From Dermatophilaceae bacterium (lineage in GTDB: Bacteria > Actinomycetota > Actinomycetes > Actinomycetales > Dermatophilaceae): 64,000 nucleotides of DNA. Shown here one piece after another: positions 60,466 to 64,000 of this stretch. The notes under the pieces are model-generated. The model did no database searches and had not been told where the DNA came from. It was given only the letters and a program-made list of their open reading frames with translations. Each line of letters starts with the position of its first letter. The first letter of the stretch is position 1. Position numbers and translations under genes: made by a program. The DNA lies in NCBI GenBank assembly GCA_051657745.1, contig JBOFLG010000044.1:5560-69559 (forward strand), read 5' to 3'.

Positions 60466-60990
60466 TCATCCGGTGTGGTCGGTCGGTGCTGCGGCGGGGT
60501 GGACGATGCGAGTGCCTGCGGCGACGTCGTGCAGAAGTCTGCCGTCGCCGACTCTCACGATTGCGGGGACGAACACGCTGGCAAGCAGGGTGCGGAGGAG
60601 CACCTGCCCAGGGAAGAACCCACGCCGGACCTGCCACACCTGCAGCCCGAGGAGTCGGTGACCAAGGCTTGAACCGACAACGGAGACGGTCAGGGTCCGC
60701 AGTGCGACGAACACCCCGAGGGCCACCCAGGACGTCACCGGGATGCCCAGAAACGTCGGCGGCTCCTCGCCGGGTTCGGCGAAGTCGAAGGGAAGTACCT
60801 GGAAGGTCACGACCAGCGCGACGGCCCAGTCGATGACGAACGCGAGTATCCGCCGCCCGAACGGGGCGTCGTCCGCCGTCGGTATCGTCCTCGCGCCGGC
60901 ACGGTTCGTCGATCCCACCCGACCAGCGTAGGTGGCCGGTGACGAACCGCGCCGCACCGGCGACCACCCAGGCGCGTGCCCGGCATCCAT
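60466..60990 (-). CDS. RDD-family membrane protein
   Basis: FGRRILAFVIDWAVALVV and SLGHRLLGLQV are typical RDD-domain features. The start is uncertain (ATG 60990, 61041 or track 61113). Confidence 0.6.
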   Translation of the reverse strand: MDAGHAPGWSPVRRGSSPATYAGRVGSTNRAGARTIPTADDAPFGRRILAFVIDWAVALVVTFQVLPFDFAEPGEEPPTFLGIPVTSWVALGVFVALRTLTVSVVGSSLGHRLLGLQVWQVRRGFFPGQVLLRTLLASVFVPAIVRVGDGRLLHDVAAGTRIVHPAAAPTDHTG

Positions 60991-61085
60991 CCCGCACCAC
61001 CGGTGAATGTGGGTGATGATCGTCGGGTCGGCGCCGATCATCACCCACGTTCGAGGCGAGGTCCGGCGGCTCGCCCCGCCGCCAC

Positions 61086-61134
61086 GTCCCACCCACCGAG
61101 CCGCGCGTCCCACCCACCGAGCCGCGCGTCCCGC
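61086..61134. repeat. 2.3 x 21-bp tandem repeat in the glnA upstream region
   Basis: gtcccacccaccgagccgcgc occurs twice, then gtcccgc. Confidence 0.85.
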
Positions 61135-61154
61135 TGGTTGGTACGTTGGCCCGC

Positions 61155-61170
61155 GTTACGTCGGCGAAAC
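61155..61170 (+). promoter_or_regulatory. Candidate GlnR box (GTTAC-N6-GAAAC)
   Basis: gttacgtcggcgaaac lies 95 nt upstream of the glnA GTG. It matches the Streptomyces GlnR a-site/b-site pattern gTnAc-n6-GaAAc. Only one a-b pair is clear. Confidence 0.35.
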
Positions 61171-61264
61171 ACCCGAGTCATGGTCGGGAAACCGCTCCGC
61201 CTTACGGTCGTCGACACTGCCCCCGGGCTGTTCCGCAGCCCCGCACCGAACCAGGAGGTTCAGC

Positions 61265-62689
61265 GTGTTCAGCTCTGCTGACGAGGTTCTCGCCTTCATC
61301 GAGGCCGAGAACGTGAAGTTCGTCGACATCCGGTTCTGCGACTTGCCGGGCATCATGCAGCACTTCAACGTGCCCGCGTCGACCGTCGACCAGGACTTCT
61401 TCATCAACGGCCAGATGTTTGACGGATCCTCGATCCGCGGCTTCCAGGCCATCCACGAGTCGGACATGAAACTGATCCCCGACCCCACGACGGCCTTTCT
61501 CGATCCGTTCCGCGACGAGAAGACGCTCGTGATGAACTTCTCGATCGTCGACCCGTTCACTGGTGAGTCATACCCTCGCGACCCACGCAATATTGCCGCG
61601 AAGGCGGAGGCACACCTCAAGTCCACCGGCATTGCCGACACCGCGTACTTCGGTGCCGAGGCCGAGTTCTACATCTTCGACGACGTGCGGTTCGAGACGA
61701 AGGCAAACGCTGGCTACTACTTCATCGACTCGGTCGAGGCGGCGTGGAACACCGGCCGCATCGAAGAGGGCGGCAATCGGGGCTACAAGACCCGCTACAA
61801 GGGCGGCTACTTCCCAGTGCCGCCGGTCGACCATTTCGCCGACACCCGCGACAAGATCTGCCTCGGCCTGGCCGATGTCGGCATCGCTGTCGAGCGCAGC
61901 CACCACGAGGTGGGCACCGCGGGCCAGCAGGAGATCAACTTCCGGTTCAACACCCTGCTCGGCGCCGGCGACGACGTCATGAAGTTCAAGTACGTCGTGA
62001 AGAACACCGTCTGGGAGACGGGCAAGACGGCCACGTTCATGCCGAAGCCGATCTTCGGTGACAACGGCTCGGGTATGCACACCCACCAGTCGCTCTGGAA
62101 GGACGGCGCGCCGCTGTTCTACGACGAGCGCGGCTACGGCGGGCTGTCGGACATGGCCCGCTGGTACATCGGCGGGCTGCTGAAGCACGCCCCGGCGTTG
62201 CTCGCGTTCACCAACCCCACGGTGAACAGTTACCACCGGCTGGTGCCTGGCTACGAGGCACCGGTCAACCTGGTCTACTCGGCGCGTAACCGCTCGGCGT
62301 GCGTGCGCATCCCGATCACCGGCGACAACCCGAAGGCCAAGCGCATCGAGTTCCGGGTGCCCGACCCGTCGTCGAACCCGTACCTCTGTTTCGCCGCGCA
62401 GTTGATGGCCGGTCTGGACGGCATCCGCAACCGGATCGAGCCGCCGGAGCCGGTGGACAAGGACCTCTACGAGCTGCCTCCCGAGGAGCACGAGGCAATC
62501 GGCCAGGTGCCCGGTTCGCTGCCCGAGGTGCTGGATGCCCTTGAGGCCGACCACGAGTTCCTCCTCGAGGGCGACGTGTTCACCGCCGACCTCATCGCGG
62601 CCTGGATCGACTGGAAGCGCAAGAACGAGGTCGACCCGATCCGCTTCCGCCCGCACCCGCACGAGTTCGAGATGTACTTCGACATCTGA
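61265..62689 (+). CDS. glnA: Glutamine synthetase type I
   Basis: [40 protein letters not shown], and the adenylylation-site context [19 protein letters not shown] before GTG 61265. Confidence 0.95.
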   Translation: MFSSADEVLAFIEAENVKFVDIRFCDLPGIMQHFNVPASTVDQDFFINGQMFDGSSIRGFQAIHESDMKLIPDPTTAFLDPFRDEKTLVMNFSIVDPFTGESYPRDPRNIAAKAEAHLKSTGIADTAYFGAEAEFYIFDDVRFETKANAGYYFIDSVEAAWNTGRIEEGGNRGYKTRYKGGYFPVPPVDHFADTRDKICLGLADVGIAVERSHHEVGTAGQQEINFRFNTLLGAGDDVMKFKYVVKNTVWETGKTATFMPKPIFGDNGSGMHTHQSLWKDGAPLFYDERGYGGLSDMARWYIGGLLKHAPALLAFTNPTVNSYHRLVPGYEAPVNLVYSARNRSACVRIPITGDNPKAKRIEFRVPDPSSNPYLCFAAQLMAGLDGIRNRIEPPEPVDKDLYELPPEEHEAIGQVPGSLPEVLDALEADHEFLLEGDVFTADLIAAWIDWKRKNEVDPIRFRPHPHEFEMYFDI

Positions 62690-62750
62690 GCCGAGCGCAG
62701 CGAGGCCAGATGTCGAACAACAAGCAGAGCGACATCTGAGCCGAGCGCAG
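62680..62750. repeat. 21-bp direct repeat duplicating the glnA stop region, with an inverted 9-mer between the copies
   Basis: cgacatctgagccgagcgcag occurs at 62680-62700 (contains the glnA TGA) and again at 62730-62750. cagatgtcg at 62707-62715 is the reverse complement of the first 9 nt. Confidence 0.9.
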
Positions 62751-62770
62751 TGACACCCCAGGTCGACCGA

Positions 62771-62801
62771 CGGGGCGCATCCGGATGACGGGTGCGCCCC
62801 G
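62771..62801 (+). terminator. glnA terminator-like hairpin
   Basis: cggggcgca-tccggatgacggg-tgcgccccg (9-bp GC-rich stem). No U-tract, as is common in actinobacteria. Confidence 0.5.
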
Positions 62802-62811
62802 TCCGCGTCAG

Positions 62812-62825
62812 GTCGCGATCGCGAC
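62812..62825. promoter_or_regulatory. Perfect 14-bp palindrome, candidate operator of the downstream HTH gene
   Basis: gtcgcgatcgcgac lies 48 nt upstream of ATG 62873. A TACAGA(T) -10-like element lies about 14 nt downstream of it, in a locally AT-richer stretch. Confidence 0.3.
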
Positions 62826-62872
62826 ACCCCGGCCGCTTTACAGATTGCGTCCTCTAAGGGACATTAACTGTC

Positions 62873-63538
62873 ATGACAAGCCAGTTCCTCACAATCGGGG
62901 AGACCGCTCGCATCCTCGGAGTATCTGCTCGTCATGCTCGCCGACTTGCCGACTCCGGCGCGGTCATCCGGATCGCCCGCGGCGTGGTCGACCGCGGCTC
63001 GGTCGACGGCTACCTCCGATCGCAGCGTCAGGGTCGGACGCGCGCCTGGGCCGAGCACACCGCCTGGGGTGCCATCGCGATCCTGTCCGGCCGCGATGCC
63101 GAGTGGCTGGGCGCCACCCAAGCCTCCCGACTGCGATCGGTGTTGCGCACGATCGATGGCGCCGACGACTTCCTCACCCGGATGCGGGACCATGCCCGAG
63201 TCCATACCTTCGAGGCGCACCGCGCGGCACTCCCCCGCCTGCGCGAATTGACCGCCTCGACCAACCTCCGGCTGCTCGGAATCACTGAAGCAACGGGCGA
63301 CCGCGTCGACGGCTACCTGTCCGATGCCGTCCATGGCGACGTGGTCCGCACTCTCGGCCTGCGGGCCGACGCGGGCGGGACTGTCGTGCTGCGCACCACC
63401 GGGTTCGACATCGACCGGGTCCGAGACCTCGTCTCCACCACGACCGTCGCCGCCATGGACAGCGCCACCGACGCCGACCCTCGGCTGCGGGGGGTCGGCC
63501 GCCGGGCACTCAGCGAGCTGCTGGAGGCGTACCGATGA
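62873..63538 (+). CDS. HTH DNA-binding protein, AbiEi-like (putative antitoxin/regulator)
   Basis: N-terminal LTIGETARILGVSARHARRLADSGAVIRIARGVVDRGSV resembles the AbiEi/excisionase-type wHTH. 221 aa. ATGA overlap with the next gene. Confidence 0.45.
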   Translation: MTSQFLTIGETARILGVSARHARRLADSGAVIRIARGVVDRGSVDGYLRSQRQGRTRAWAEHTAWGAIAILSGRDAEWLGATQASRLRSVLRTIDGADDFLTRMRDHARVHTFEAHRAALPRLRELTASTNLRLLGITEATGDRVDGYLSDAVHGDVVRTLGLRADAGGTVVLRTTGFDIDRVRDLVSTTTVAAMDSATDADPRLRGVGRRALSELLEAYR

Positions 63539-64000
63539 ACGTCGTGCGCCCCACCATCGAGGTCACCGCCGCGCCCGGTGGCTGGCCGGCTCCGTGGCCC
63601 AGTGTCGCGGAGCTGGCTGACGCCCTGCCCGCTGCGAGTTGGACGCTCGTGGGTGGCCTGATGACCCAGCTCCACGCGATCCATCGCGGACTCGGCATCG
63701 TCCGGCCAACCAACGACGTCGACATCGTCCTGCACATCGAGACCAGACGAGGGGTACCGAACGAGGTGGCCACCGCCCTCGAAGGAGTCGGCTATCGATT
63801 CCGGCCCAGCATCGACGGGCGCAACCACACCGGGCACCGGTTCGTGCGCGGCACCTCCGCGGTCGACCTGGTCGCCGGCGACGAGGACCAGGTCGACGTC
63901 CTGATCGCCGACCACCCGGCGCCACGAGTGATCGAGAAGCTGCGCGGCCACGAGATGATCCGCATCGAGGGTGGCACCCAAGCATTGCGCCGGACCATGA
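63535..64000 (+). CDS. Nucleotidyltransferase-fold protein, AbiEii-like (partial, runs off the window)
   Basis: Frame is open from ATG 63535 to the window end (not in the track). LVGGLMTQLHAIHRGLGIVRPTNDVDIVL fits a G[GS]...DxD NTase motif, with longer spacing than the classical AbiEii motif. Confidence 0.35.
   Translation, partial: MNVVRPTIEVTAAPGGWPAPWPSVAELADALPAASWTLVGGLMTQLHAIHRGLGIVRPTNDVDIVLHIETRRGVPNEVATALEGVGYRFRPSIDGRNHTGHRFVRGTSAVDLVAGDEDQVDVLIADHPAPRVIEKLRGHEMIRIEGGTQALRRTM

Noticed and set aside
1-64000. tRNA, rRNA, transposase, integrase, reverse transcriptase or prophage genes
   Set aside because: I scanned intergenic regions and ORF translations and saw no T-loop/anticodon-arm-like sequence, no DDE/tyrosine/serine recombinase motifs and no phage structural genes. 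Absence by eye is not proof; tRNAscan, Infernal and HMM searches would settle it.

Overview
High-GC (about 70%+) actinobacterial chromosomal core. Gene content and order follow the conserved block known from Mycobacterium tuberculosis as roughly Rv2172c-Rv2220, with an equivalent Streptomyces region. In order: metF, polyprenyl synthase, Rv2175c-type regulator with a PASTA Ser/Thr kinase, class II DAHP synthase, a LuxR-type two-component pair, plsC, glucokinase, acyl-CoA ligase, DEDD/GIY-YIG nuclease, trpD. Then the bc1-aa3 respiratory genes (ctaE-qcrCAB, ctaF-ctaD-ctaC), adenosine kinase, erpA, glycerate kinase, nadA, gcvT, pepA, sucB (E2), an MMPL transporter, lipB/lipA and glnA. The left edge holds a partial GyrB/ParE-type topoisomerase gene and a dinB string. 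I found no rRNA, tRNA, CRISPR array, transposase or integrase. Clearly accessory DNA starts only after the glnA terminator (about 62.8 kb), with an HTH + nucleotidyltransferase-fold pair (AbiE-like) that runs off the window. I do not see a convincing large novel multi-gene system. The observations most worth a second look:
- A perfect LexA box in front of a HEPN-methyltransferase-dinB-DUF3040 string.
- A completely lysine-free cysteine-desulfurase-like protein translationally coupled to a TusA-like protein.
- A repeat-tailed membrane protein inserted between lipB and lipA.
- A duplicated glnA 3' end at the island boundary.
All calls rest on motif recognition, remembered synteny, start-codon/SD context and GC3 bias. 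No similarity search was run. Many long ORFs in the track are antisense artefacts of the high GC content.
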